Assembly (NCBI GenBank): GCA_963842525.1
Contig: CAWJGT010000001.1
Location: 736,001-800,000 of the forward strand
Length of the DNA stretch: 64,000 nucleotides
DNA from: an uncultured Holophagales bacterium
GTDB taxonomy: Bacteria > Acidobacteriota > Thermoanaerobaculia > Multivoradales > UBA5704
Direction of reading: 5' to 3'
Shown here: positions 12,511 through 22,689 of the stretch, piece by piece
Layout: each line of letters begins with the position of its first letter
How positions within the stretch are numbered: the first letter of the stretch is position 1
Notes under the pieces: generated by a model
Told to the model about the DNA's origin: nothing
Database searches by the model: none
The model's input: the letters and a program-made list of their open reading frames with translations, nothing else
Program-made: the position numbers and the translations under genes

Positions 12511-15500
12511 GCAGCCGTCCTCCCGGCACGATCATCACTTTCTATTCCTACAAGGGCGGTACAGGCCGTTCCATGGCGCTCGCAAACATCGCCTGGATCC
12601 TGGCGTCCAGCCACAAACGTGTACTGGTGGTGGACTGGGATCTCGAGGCTCCGGGCCTGCACCGCTATTTCCGTCCCTTCCTGCTCGACAAGCAGCTGAG
12701 CTCCTCCGCGGGGGTGATCGACTTCGTGATCGATTATGCGACCGAAGCGATCAAACCTGTCACAGAGGGAGAGCCGTTGCCCGACAACTGGTACATCGAG
12801 CAGGCCGACATCCTTCGTTATGCCATTACGCTCGACTGGGAGTTCCCATCGGGCGGCGTCCTCGACCTCATCCCAGCGGGCAGGCAGGGCCCGAGCTATG
12901 CCGCGCGTGTAAACTCGTTCAACTGGCAGAACTTCTACGAGCGCTTGGGCGGCGGCCGGGTCCTGGATGCAGCCAGAGACCATATGCGGGCGGAGTACGA
13001 CTACATTCTCATCGACAGCCGGACGGGCGTCAGCGACACCTCCGGCATCTGCACCGTGCAAATGCCAGACGCTCTGGCGGTCTGCTTTACCTTCAACAAT
13101 CAGAGCATCGAGGGAGCCGCCGCGGTGGCGCGCTCCGCTCATGAGCAGCAGGCCAAGCGCAGTGATCGCGCCTTCAGGGTCTTCCCCATTCCCATGCGGG
13201 TCGATGCGTCCGAAGTGGACAAGCTGAATACCCGGCGGCGCTACGCCTGGTGGATGTTCGACTCCCTGCTGAGCCACATCCCGAGTGCCGACCGCAGGCT
13301 CTATTGGGGCGAGGTCGAAGTGCCCTACATCCCGGTCTTCGCCTACGAGGAGATCCTCGCCTCCTTCCGCGAAGAGCCGAGCGATCCGAAGACCGCTCTC
13401 TCTGCCATGCTGCGGACCACCCGCCACCTGACCGGCGTCGGTGGCGAATACTCTTTTTCCATCTCACCCGAACAGCGGCAGGAGATCCTGGCGGAGTTCG
13501 CCAGCACTCCCGGGGAATTCGCGCTGGACAGCGCTCCTGTGATTCCAAAGGAGACGGCTGCCGAAGAGCAGACGCGGGTGGCCGAAGGCGCCTTTGCGTC
13601 TTTCTCTCCGCAGGAGCAGGCCGATCTCCGGCACCTCCTGACCCGTCTGGTGCGGATCGCCGGCGGGCCGGACGAGGCGGAGGGAGCTCACGGGCGGCTG
13701 CGAGTGAGAGTCCAGGATCTGGGTCCGGCAGCCCTCCCCCTCATTGACAGGCTCACAGCGCTGAGGCTCCTCACGGTACAAATGGAGGCCGGAACGAAGA
13801 GTGTGGAGCTCGCCGATGACGGACTCGCGCAGAGCTGGCCTCGCCTGCGCGACTGGATCGCGGGGGACCTCGAATTCCTTCTCTGGCGCCAGAGGCTGCG
13901 GGACCGTTGCCGGGATTGGGAGAAGACCGATCACAGCAGCGACCTGCTGCTGCAAGGGTTGCCGTTGAGGGCAGCGCAGCGCTGGCTGCTGGAACGGGGA
14001 GCCGATCTCAACGAGGTGGAGACTGCCTTCATCCAGCAGTCTGCCGCGCTGGAATCCCGCTCGCAGTACTCATTTTCCGCCCGAGGCTTGCGAGCCTTCA
14101 TCATCCGGCCGTTCGGCATCAAGCAGGAGATCGATTTCGACCGTGTGGAGAAGGAGCTGATCGATCCGGCTCTCAGCCAGCTCAATGTCGGGGGCCGGAC
14201 AACGGTCGATATCCTGCGGGCAGGCAACATCCGGCTCGACATGTTCCAGCGGCTTCTCGCCGCCGATCTGGTCGTCGCGGATGTCTCGATCCATAACGCA
14301 AATGTCTTTTATGAGTTGGGCATCCGCCATGCCCTGCGGGATAAACGGACCTTCCTGCTGCGCTGCGAAGGCGATCAATATCCTTTCGATCTGCAGACCG
14401 ATCGTTATTTTGTCTACCGGAAGGACAATCCAGCGGCCAGCCTGAGCCTGCTGACGACGGCTCTCGCGCGTACGATCACCTCCGAGGACATCGACAGTCC
14501 CGTCTTCCGGTCGCTCCCCGGCTTGAGGCAGCAGGACGGCTCGAGCCTCCTGGCGATCCCGCAGGATTTCATCGATGCCATCGAGCAGGCTGCGGCCACG
14601 CGCCAGCGTGGCGACCTCGAGCTGCTTTCCGCGGAGATCCGGGACCTGGAATGGGCGCGCGGAGGACTGCGGATCATCGGCCGCAAGCAGTTTGATATCA
14701 AAGCCTATTCTGGAGCGCGGAGCACCTGGGAGGCAATCCGGAAGCTCGACCCGGATGACTTGGAGGCGAATACGCTGCTGGGAACCATTTACCAGCGCCT
14801 GGGAGAGCCCGTGAACTCCGACCAAGCGATCCAGCGTGTCCTGCGCCACGATGAAGCAGCGGGAGACCAACGGGCCGAGGCTCTTGCCCTTCTCGCCCGT
14901 AATGCCAAGACCCGCTGGAGGGAGGAGTGGCACAGGCTCCCCTCCGAGCGCTTGCGTGAGGAGGCCTTGCGCTCCCCGTTCCTTGAGGAGTCTGCTCTCG
15001 CGTATATGCGAGCTTTCGAAGAATCCTTCAATCACTTCTACCCGGGCCTGAACGCGCTGGCAATGCTTACGGTTCAAATGGAGCTGGCGAGCGCTTTGCC
15101 GGAGATCTGGTTCGAGCGCTTCGATCAAGAAGAGGATGCCCGGAGGGAGATCGAAAGGAGAAACGAGCAGATCCGCAAGATCGCCTCTGCCGTGGAGCTG
15201 TCTCTGGCGGCAGCCAAGTCGCGCCTTGAGCGCCGGCAGGAAAGCGACATTTGGGTGGAGATCAGCGAGGCCGACTTTATCTGCCTGACCTCGAACCGAC
15301 CGCGACGGGTCGCCGATGCCTATCGCAAGGCTCTGGCGAGCGTCCCGGATTTTGCCATCGATGCGATCAACGGCCAGCTCAGGATGTACCAACTGCTTGG
15401 AGTCCTGAGCGCCAACGTCGAGGCTGCTCTTTCCATACCCACCTTTACCAGGCTCGGGCCAGAGACGCCGCAACCCGCCGGAGAACGGCCGCGCGCCCTT

Positions 15501-16094
15501 CTTTTCACCGGCCATAGGATCGACGCCCCCGGCCGCGAGGAGCCGCGCTTCCCACCCGACAAGGAAAGTGTCGCCCGGGAACAGATCCAAAGCGCGGTGG
15601 CCGCCGAGATGGCGCGGCCGGGAGGCGTAGCCTATGGAATCGCGGGCGGGGCGAGCGGCGGCGACATCCTCTTCCACGAGGTCTGCGCCGACCTGGGAAT
15701 GTCTACCCGTCTCTACCTCGCACTGCCGAAAGGCGACTATATCGTCGAGTCGGTTCAGTCGGCCGGGCCTGAGTGGGTCGAACGCTTCAACCAGCTCTAC
15801 CAGAAACATCCGGAGGTGCGCGTGCTCTCCCCCTCTTCGGACCTCCCGCGGTGGCTCAGCGAGAGACCCGGCCAATATTCAATCTGGCAACGTAACAACC
15901 TGTGGATGCTCTACAACGCGCTCGCGGAGGACAACAAAGACCTGACCTTGATCGCCCTCTGGGATGGTAAGGAGGGCGACGGGCCCGGCGGCACGGGAGA
16001 CCTCGTCACCAAGGTCAAGGAACGCGGCGCCAAAGTGATCCACCTGAACACCGAGGCGATTTTCGTCACCTACTCAACGGAGCCCGCATCATGA
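12507..16094 (+). CDS. Multidomain protein: MinD/ParA-like (KGGxGR) ATPase, winged-helix, deoxyribohydrolase-like/DUF4071, TPR, SLOG-like
   Basis: [26 protein letters not shown]; WPRLRDWI; [30 protein letters not shown]; [26 protein letters not shown]; 4-bp overlap with upstream gene. Confidence 0.8.
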   Translation: MSSRPPGTIITFYSYKGGTGRSMALANIAWILASSHKRVLVVDWDLEAPGLHRYFRPFLLDKQLSSSAGVIDFVIDYATEAIKPVTEGEPLPDNWYIEQADILRYAITLDWEFPSGGVLDLIPAGRQGPSYAARVNSFNWQNFYERLGGGRVLDAARDHMRAEYDYILIDSRTGVSDTSGICTVQMPDALAVCFTFNNQSIEGAAAVARSAHEQQAKRSDRAFRVFPIPMRVDASEVDKLNTRRRYAWWMFDSLLSHIPSADRRLYWGEVEVPYIPVFAYEEILASFREEPSDPKTALSAMLRTTRHLTGVGGEYSFSISPEQRQEILAEFASTPGEFALDSAPVIPKETAAEEQTRVAEGAFASFSPQEQADLRHLLTRLVRIAGGPDEAEGAHGRLRVRVQDLGPAALPLIDRLTALRLLTVQMEAGTKSVELADDGLAQSWPRLRDWIAGDLEFLLWRQRLRDRCRDWEKTDHSSDLLLQGLPLRAAQRWLLERGADLNEVETAFIQQSAALESRSQYSFSARGLRAFIIRPFGIKQEIDFDRVEKELIDPALSQLNVGGRTTVDILRAGNIRLDMFQRLLAADLVVADVSIHNANVFYELGIRHALRDKRTFLLRCEGDQYPFDLQTDRYFVYRKDNPAASLSLLTTALARTITSEDIDSPVFRSLPGLRQQDGSSLLAIPQDFIDAIEQAAATRQRGDLELLSAEIRDLEWARGGLRIIGRKQFDIKAYSGARSTWEAIRKLDPDDLEANTLLGTIYQRLGEPVNSDQAIQRVLRHDEAAGDQRAEALALLARNAKTRWREEWHRLPSERLREEALRSPFLEESALAYMRAFEESFNHFYPGLNALAMLTVQMELASALPEIWFERFDQEEDARREIERRNEQIRKIASAVELSLAAAKSRLERRQESDIWVEISEADFICLTSNRPRRVADAYRKALASVPDFAIDAINGQLRMYQLLGVLSANVEAALSIPTFTRLGPETPQPAGERPRALLFTGHRIDAPGREEPRFPPDKESVAREQIQSAVAAEMARPGGVAYGIAGGASGGDILFHEVCADLGMSTRLYLALPKGDYIVESVQSAGPEWVERFNQLYQKHPEVRVLSPSSDLPRWLSERPGQYSIWQRNNLWMLYNALAEDNKDLTLIALWDGKEGDGPGGTGDLVTKVKERGAKVIHLNTEAIFVTYSTEPAS

Positions 16095-16231
16095 GCCGTT
16101 TCCTTCGCCCGTTGCCCGCGGTCGAGCTCAAGAACGTGCCCTGGGACCAGGCTCTGCACGTGATCCTCAAAACCCACGGCCTCGCAGCCGAGGTCGACGG
16201 CCGGTTGTGGCTGATCGCGCCGCCCCGCTAA
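16079..16231 (+). pseudogene. Internally deleted second copy of the STN-domain gene
   Basis: 16079-16119 matches 10360-10400 and 16119-16217 matches ~10668-10766; ~270 bp between them are absent. Confidence 0.85.
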
Positions 16232-16251
16232 GGGCCTGTCCCACGAGCGCC

Positions 16252-16578
16252 ATGGATCACCCCGCCGCTTTCCGCCCCGAGGACCACGCCGTCTACGGCT
16301 CCGGCAAGATGGGCAAGGCCACGCTCTTCCAGTCCGACCGGCTCCTGGTGGGCCTGAACGCCTTCGAGCCGGGCCAGGAGCACCGCCTGCACGGCCACGC
16401 CGGCATGGACAAGGTCTACCATGTCCTCGCCGGCCGCGGCGTCTTCCTGCTCGAGGGGCGCGAGGAGCCCATGGCGGCGGGCACCATGCTCATCGCTCCC
16501 GAAGGGGTCCTCCACGGCATCCGCAACACCGGCGACGAGCGCCTGCTGGTCCTCGCCATCCTGGCGCCCTCGCCTTGA
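16252..16578 (+). CDS. Cupin domain protein
   Basis: GQEHRLHGH..YHVLAGRG and PEGVLHGIRN cupin motifs. Confidence 0.85.
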   Translation: MDHPAAFRPEDHAVYGSGKMGKATLFQSDRLLVGLNAFEPGQEHRLHGHAGMDKVYHVLAGRGVFLLEGREEPMAAGTMLIAPEGVLHGIRNTGDERLLVLAILAPSP

Positions 16579-16626
16579 GGGCGGCGCTCCGCAGTTTCCC
16601 CCATTTCGCCGCGCCAGGGCCGTCTA

Positions 16627-18456
16627 TCAGCCCTGGTCCAGGTGTCCCGTGGCCGAGTCGCCCATTTCGACCCGCCCGTCGGGAAAGTACTCCCGCCAGC
16701 GGCGGGTCACGGTGGCCGCGGTCTCCTCGTCGGCGAAGAGCTCCTTGGGGAACCACGGCTTCATCCGGGCGTCGAGGAGGATAGGTGCCTTGTAGGAAAG
16801 GTGATGGCGGACCACCGTGGTGCCCGCGGCATGGAGGTCCGCCGCGGGCTCGAAGCGGGTGAAGGTGGCCCAGAGGAAATTGATCGGGCTCGCGGCGGCG
16901 CGGCGCGGCTCGTCGGTCAGCACCAGGAGCGGCCAGCCGGCAAAAGCAGGATGACCGGCGAAGCGCGCCGCGGCCCCGGGGTCCTCCGCATACGAGGGTC
17001 CTCCCAGGATCAGGCAGCCCGGGCAGAAGACCCGCACGTCGGTTACACCCTGGGGGACCTCGGCGGCCGTGAATTCGCGCGGCAGCTCCCGCACCGGATC
17101 GCCGAGGCCGAGCCAGACCCCCTTCGAGCCCTGATTGACCGCCGGGCCTGTGTAATCGAGCGTATCCATCGAGAGGTTCGAGAGCACATAGAGGTCCGTC
17201 TCAGGGTGGGTGCGCTCCAGGATGTGCTGGAGCGTGCGCGGAAAATCCTTCAAATCGACAGGCCGATCGGTCACCAGGAGGAACTTGGTCAGCGAGAGCT
17301 GCCCTTCGCCGAGGATGCGGAAGGCGCTCGCCATGGCCTCCCGCCCATAGCGCTGCTTGACGACCGCCGCGGCCAATGAGTGATAGCCGGTCTCGCCGTA
17401 GGACCACAGCGACTCGACCGCCGGCATGACCAGGGGGAAGAGCGGCGACAGCAGCTCCTGGAGCAAATCGCCGATAAAAAAATCCTCCTGCCGCGGCTTG
17501 CCCACCACGGTCGCCGGATAGATCGCGTCCTTGCGCCGGGCCATCCGCCGCACGTGGAAGACCGGATAATCGTGCTGGAGCGAGTAGTAGCCATAGTGAT
17601 CGCCGAACGGGCCTTCCGGCCGCCGCTCGCGCGGAGGGACCTCGCCGATCAGCGCGAATTCGGCCGAGGCGACCAGCGGGTGCGGCCCGGGGCCGGGCGC
17701 CACGAGCCGCAGCCGCTCGCCGGCGATCAGCGAGGCGAGCATCAGCTCGGGGACGTTCTCCGGGAGCGGCGCGACCGCGGCCAGGATCAGGGCCGGCGGG
17801 CCGCCGAGGAACACGGTCGCCGGCAGGCTCTGCCCCCGCGACTCGGCCACGGCATAGTGGAAGCCGCCGCCCTTGCCGATCTGCCAGTGCATGCCGGTCG
17901 TCCGCGGGCCGTGGACGTGGAGGCGGTACATCCCCAAGTTGTGCCGCTTGGCGTCCGGCCGGCTGTCCGGGTGCTCGGTGTAGACGAGAGGCAGGGTGAC
18001 GAACGGGCCGCCGTCCTCCGGCCAGGTGGTGAGGACCGGCAGGCGATCGAGCCGGACGTCATCTGTCACGACCTCGGCGACCGGCCCGGAGCGCATCCTC
18101 CTGGAGCCGATCCGCAGGGCCTCCCGTCCGATGTCGCGCGCGCCCCAGAGCTTGCCGGGCGTCGGCGGCAGCAGCGTCTCGGCGAGATGGACCAGCCGCC
18201 GGATCAGGCGCAGCGGCCGGGTGCCGAACGCCAGCTCGGCCCGCCGCGCCGTGCCGAAGAGGTTGGTCGCCAGCGGAAAGTCGGACCCACGGACGTTGGT
18301 GAACAGCAGCGCCGGCCCGCCCGCCGCGATCACCCGGCGATGGATCTCCGACGCTTCGAGCCGTGCATCCACCGGCGCCTCGACCACGGCGAGGTCGCCG
18401 TCCCGGCGGAGCTGGTCGAGGAAGGCACGGAGGTCGGGGAACGTCGGCTCGCTCAC
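16627..18456 (-). CDS. UbiD family decarboxylase
   Basis: GPALLF, WPEDGGPFVT, NLGMYR, EGPFGDHYGYY, VVGKPRQED; start codon uncertain (GTG 18456 or 18480). Confidence 0.9.
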   Translation of the reverse strand: MSEPTFPDLRAFLDQLRRDGDLAVVEAPVDARLEASEIHRRVIAAGGPALLFTNVRGSDFPLATNLFGTARRAELAFGTRPLRLIRRLVHLAETLLPPTPGKLWGARDIGREALRIGSRRMRSGPVAEVVTDDVRLDRLPVLTTWPEDGGPFVTLPLVYTEHPDSRPDAKRHNLGMYRLHVHGPRTTGMHWQIGKGGGFHYAVAESRGQSLPATVFLGGPPALILAAVAPLPENVPELMLASLIAGERLRLVAPGPGPHPLVASAEFALIGEVPPRERRPEGPFGDHYGYYSLQHDYPVFHVRRMARRKDAIYPATVVGKPRQEDFFIGDLLQELLSPLFPLVMPAVESLWSYGETGYHSLAAAVVKQRYGREAMASAFRILGEGQLSLTKFLLVTDRPVDLKDFPRTLQHILERTHPETDLYVLSNLSMDTLDYTGPAVNQGSKGVWLGLGDPVRELPREFTAAEVPQGVTDVRVFCPGCLILGGPSYAEDPGAAARFAGHPAFAGWPLLVLTDEPRRAAASPINFLWATFTRFEPAADLHAAGTTVVRHHLSYKAPILLDARMKPWFPKELFADEETAATVTRRWREYFPDGRVEMGDSATGHLDQG

Positions 18457-18525
18457 GGCGGTGAGTGTATCCGACCTCACCCCCTGTCCCCATGCGCTTT
18501 AACTTACCCCCGGGACGTGCCAGAT

Positions 18526-18652
18526 CGCCCAAGGTTCACACCCGGGGCTACCCAGTTCCGCCCTCCGGGCTCTCGAATCCTGGGCACTTCGACCAACATT
18601 CTTGCGAGCCCGGAGGGCGCCATTCGGTAGCCCAGGGTGTGAACCCTGGGCG
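18526..18652. repeat. Inverted pair of REP-like palindromes
   Basis: CGCCCAAGGTTCACACCCGGGGCTA..CGCCCTCCGGGCT and its reverse complement; related unit at 50047-50082. Confidence 0.75.
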
Positions 18653-18760
18653 GGAGCTTCGATCGTCATCCGCACCATACGAGCCTCCTTGACCATTTCC
18701 ACCTTACCACGGAGGGATGAGGCTGTATCCTTGTGCGGCCCTGAGCAAGGAGCCCGATCC

Positions 18761-21253
18761 ATGGCCGAAGCCCTGCCCGCCCCGATCCATGAGCCTGCCG
18801 AAGCTCCCGAGCCGCGCCGTCCCTGGCGCGCCCTCCGGCGGGCCGGCCTGGCCATCCTCCTCCTGCTCGGCATCCTGACGATCGCCCTGGCGGCCGGCAC
18901 CCTGTGGGTCCGTTCCAGAGTGGAGGCCAGCCTCCCCCAGCTCGACGGCGAGCGGGCGATCCCCGGCCTGGCGGGGCCGGTGACCATCGACCGGGACGCC
19001 CTCGGCGTGCCCACGATCCGGGCTGCAAACCGGCAGGATACCGCGCGGGCCCTGGGCTTTCTTCATGGCCAGGAGCGCTTCTTCCAGATGGACCTCCTGC
19101 GCCGACAGGCTGCCGGCGAGCTCGCCGAGCTGTTCGGCCCCGCGGTCGTGGACAACGACCGGCTCAACCGCGTCCACCGGTTTCGCGCGGTGGCCCGCCG
19201 GACCATTGCCGGCTCCACAGCCGCGGAGCGGGCCCTCATCCAGGCCTATGCCGATGGGGTCAACGCCGGCCTCGCAGCCCTGGGAGAAAAACCTTTCGAA
19301 TACCTCGCAACGCGCACCGAGCCGGCGCCCTGGAAGCCCGAGGACACGATCCTCGCCTCGTTCGCCATGTTCATCGAGCTGCACGACGAGGACGGCAGCC
19401 GCGAATCGGACCTCGGTCTGATGAAGGACCTGCTGCCCGCACCACTGTTCCAATTCCTTGCCCCGATCGGAACGGAATGGGATGCGCCGCTCGTCGGCCA
19501 GCCGTTCGCCACGCCGCCGATCCCCGGCGCTGAAATCTTCAACCTGCGGGGCCATCCGTCGCATCTGCCGAAGGCGGCGGCGCTCGATCCGGTCGCCCCC
19601 GCTCACCCCGGGTTGACACCCGGGCGGGCCCTCGGCAGCAACAACTGGGCAGTCGCCGGCGCGCACACGGCCGACGGCCGCGCCCTGGTCGCCAACGACA
19701 TGCACCTCGGCATCGCGGTGCCCAACACCTGGTACCGGGCCTCCCTCGTCCTGCCGGACGGCGCCGGCGGCACAACCCGCATCACCGGCGTGACCCTCCC
19801 CGGCACACCCGTGGTCGCGGTGGGAAGCAACGGCCACGTCGCCTGGGGATTCACCAACAGCTACGGCGACTGGACCGACCTCGTCGTCCTGGAGGTCAAT
19901 CCCGGGAACTCCGAGGTCTACCGCACGCCGCAGGGACCACGTCGTTTCGAACGCGCGGTCGAGCACATCCGCGTCAAGGGCGGACCGGACGAGACGCTCG
20001 AGGTCCGCGAAACGATCTGGGGACCGGTGATCGACAAGGACCATCGCGGCCGGCCGCGCGCTTTCGCCTGGACCGCCCACCGTGCCGAGGCGGTCAACCT
20101 CGGCCTCCTGGGCCTGGAAACAGCCCGCACGGTCGACGAGGCCCTGGCGGTCGCCCACCGCACCGGCATCCCGCCGCAGAACTTCGTGGTGGCCGACGCG
20201 ACAGGACGGATTGCCTGGACGATCATCGGCAGGATGCCGCGCCGCATCGGTTTCGACGGCCGGACGCCAATGTCCTGGGCCGACGGCGCGCGCCGCTGGG
20301 ACGGCTGGCTCGCGCCGGACGAGGTCCCGCAAATCGTCGATCCGCCCGCCGGCCGGATCTGGACCGCCAATGCCCGTGTGGTCGACGGCGCCATGCTGGA
20401 GAAGCTGGGCGACGGCGGCTATGACCTGGGCGCGCGGGCACGACAGATCCGCGACGACCTGTTCGCCGTCGAAAAGGCCACGCCGCGGGACCTGCTCGCC
20501 ATCCAGCTCGACGATCGCGCCCTGCTTCTGGAGCGCTGGCGGACGCTCCTGCTGGACACCGTGACCGCGCGATCCGTGGCCTCGCTCCCCGCGCGCGGCG
20601 AGCTGCGGCAGGTCGTCGAAGAGAGCTGGACCGGCCACGCCTCGACCGGCTCGGCGGGATACCGGATCGTCCGGACCTTCCGGTACCTCGTGGCGGAACG
20701 CGCTTTCGACCCGCTCATCGCCCCCTGCATGACCGCGGACGACCGGTTCGACGGCCTGTCACGCCAATTCGAAGGGCCGCTCTGGAAGCTGGCCACCGAG
20801 CGTCCCACCTGGCTGCTCGACCCACGATACGGGAGCTGGAACGACCTCCTGCTGGAAGCGGCCGATGCGACGGTGGCCGACTTCGCCGGTCAGGAGGGGA
20901 CCCTGGCCGACCGGACCTGGGGAGAGCGCAACACCACCCGCATCCGGCACCCGCTCTCCCGCGCCGTCCCCTTCCTCGGCCGCTGGCTCGACGTGCCGCC
21001 GCGTCCGCTCCCCGGCGACGAGGACATGCCGCGCGTCCAGAGCCGCGCCATGGGCGCCAGCGAGCGCCTCGTGGTCTCCCCCGGCCAGGAGGACAAGGGC
21101 TTCTTCCACATGCCGGTCGGCCAGAGCGGCCATCCGCTCTCCCCCCACTACCAGGCCGGCAACAAGGCCTGGGAAGAAGGCCGGCCGACTCCCTTCCTGC
21201 CCGGGAAGACCGAGCACACCCTGCGGCTGGTGCCCATATCGGGCCGGTCCTGA
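18761..21253 (+). CDS. Penicillin acylase family protein (peptidase S45, Ntn hydrolase)
   Basis: N-terminal TM anchor, RFFQMDLLRR, GSNNWAV nucleophile, ANDMHL, GQSGHPLSPHY. Confidence 0.92.
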   Translation: MAEALPAPIHEPAEAPEPRRPWRALRRAGLAILLLLGILTIALAAGTLWVRSRVEASLPQLDGERAIPGLAGPVTIDRDALGVPTIRAANRQDTARALGFLHGQERFFQMDLLRRQAAGELAELFGPAVVDNDRLNRVHRFRAVARRTIAGSTAAERALIQAYADGVNAGLAALGEKPFEYLATRTEPAPWKPEDTILASFAMFIELHDEDGSRESDLGLMKDLLPAPLFQFLAPIGTEWDAPLVGQPFATPPIPGAEIFNLRGHPSHLPKAAALDPVAPAHPGLTPGRALGSNNWAVAGAHTADGRALVANDMHLGIAVPNTWYRASLVLPDGAGGTTRITGVTLPGTPVVAVGSNGHVAWGFTNSYGDWTDLVVLEVNPGNSEVYRTPQGPRRFERAVEHIRVKGGPDETLEVRETIWGPVIDKDHRGRPRAFAWTAHRAEAVNLGLLGLETARTVDEALAVAHRTGIPPQNFVVADATGRIAWTIIGRMPRRIGFDGRTPMSWADGARRWDGWLAPDEVPQIVDPPAGRIWTANARVVDGAMLEKLGDGGYDLGARARQIRDDLFAVEKATPRDLLAIQLDDRALLLERWRTLLLDTVTARSVASLPARGELRQVVEESWTGHASTGSAGYRIVRTFRYLVAERAFDPLIAPCMTADDRFDGLSRQFEGPLWKLATERPTWLLDPRYGSWNDLLLEAADATVADFAGQEGTLADRTWGERNTTRIRHPLSRAVPFLGRWLDVPPRPLPGDEDMPRVQSRAMGASERLVVSPGQEDKGFFHMPVGQSGHPLSPHYQAGNKAWEEGRPTPFLPGKTEHTLRLVPISGRS

Positions 21254-21261
21254 AAAGACCC

Positions 21262-22617
21262 GTGTCAGGCTCCTCCGATCAGCACCCCGCGGTTCGCAAC
21301 GAGCAGGTGCTCGCGCGCCAGCTCTCGGCGGCCCAGCAGACGGCGATGGCGCTCGGCGGCGCGATCGGGACGGGCCTGTTTCTCGCCAGCGGCTTGTCGG
21401 TCAACGTGGCCGGACCGGCCGTCATCCTGTCCTATGTGATCGTGGCCGGCATCTCGCTGCTCCTCGGACGCGCGCTGACCGAGATGGCAGTGGCCCATCC
21501 AACGGCGGGCGCCTTCGGCGTCTACGCCGGGATGTACATCTCGCCCTTCGCCGGCTACGCGGTGCGCTCGAGCTATTGGCTGATGGAGGTGATCGCGACC
21601 GGCGCGCAGTTGGTCGCCGCATCGATCTACATGAGCTACTGGTTTCCGGGGGCGCCCGGGGCCGTCTGGGTGCTCGCGTTCTCCGTTGTGCTCATGTACG
21701 TCAACTCGCGCGCGGTCGGCCGCTTGGGCACGATCGAGTCCTGGCTCGTCCTGATCAAAGTCGTCGCGGTGGCGCTGTTTGTCGGCCTCGCCGTGCTGAT
21801 CGTGCTCGGCCTGACCGGCAAGCCCGCGATCGGCCTCAGGAACCTCACCGGACAGGGCGGCTTCCTGCCCTTCGGCCTCCAAGGGGTCTGGCTCGGCTGC
21901 TGTTTCGTCATCTACTCGTTCATCGGCGTCGAGATCGTCGGCGTCACCTCGGGCGAAGCGACCGACCCGGCCCGCACGATTCCAGCAGCCATGCGCCGCA
22001 TGGTCCTCGGCCTGTCGGCGATCTACATCGTGACCATCGCGCTGCTGGTCGCCCTGACACCGTGGAACCGGCTAGGCATCGGCGAAAGCCCCTTCGTGAG
22101 CGTTCTGACGGAGATCGGCATTCCCGGCGCCGCGGGTCTGATGAACTTTGTCGTGCTGAGCGCCGCGCTCTCGAGCGCGAACGCGAACCTCTACCTGATC
22201 ACACGGGCACTGTTCTCGCTGGCGCGCGCCGGCTTCGTCTCCCCGGCGCTCGGCGCCGTGACCGGGCATGGCGCACCGGTCAACGCCTTGCTCGTGTCGG
22301 GCATCGGCCTTGGAGGGGCCGTGCTGGTTCGCGCGCTCTGGCCCGACTCGGCATACGTGTGGTTTTTCGGCGTCGCCCTCTTTGGCGCGCTGTTCGTCTG
22401 GCTGATGATCTTCGTGACGCACATCGCCTATCGCGCGTCCGCCGCCGGAGGCAAGACGGCTCCGCTGGGCTCCTACGCGGGAGCCGCCCTGATCGCCGCG
22501 ATTCTGGCGTCCACCTGGTGGGTCCCCGGCCTGCGGTCCACCCTGGTTGCCGGCGGCCCGTGGCTCCTGCTGTTGGCGATCGGCTATCGGTTGTCGGCCG
22601 CGCGGCGCGGCCCGTGA
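21262..22617 (+). CDS. APC family amino acid permease
   Basis: ALGGAIGTGLFLASG, GVEIVGVTSGE, multiple TM helices. Confidence 0.9.
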   Translation: MSGSSDQHPAVRNEQVLARQLSAAQQTAMALGGAIGTGLFLASGLSVNVAGPAVILSYVIVAGISLLLGRALTEMAVAHPTAGAFGVYAGMYISPFAGYAVRSSYWLMEVIATGAQLVAASIYMSYWFPGAPGAVWVLAFSVVLMYVNSRAVGRLGTIESWLVLIKVVAVALFVGLAVLIVLGLTGKPAIGLRNLTGQGGFLPFGLQGVWLGCCFVIYSFIGVEIVGVTSGEATDPARTIPAAMRRMVLGLSAIYIVTIALLVALTPWNRLGIGESPFVSVLTEIGIPGAAGLMNFVVLSAALSSANANLYLITRALFSLARAGFVSPALGAVTGHGAPVNALLVSGIGLGGAVLVRALWPDSAYVWFFGVALFGALFVWLMIFVTHIAYRASAAGGKTAPLGSYAGAALIAAILASTWWVPGLRSTLVAGGPWLLLLAIGYRLSAARRGP

Positions 22618-22689
22618 GGCAGCGATAACCGGCTGGCCGGCGGACTCGGGATCGATCCTGAGCCGCCGGCCGAAGGGTCAGCCGCGCGC

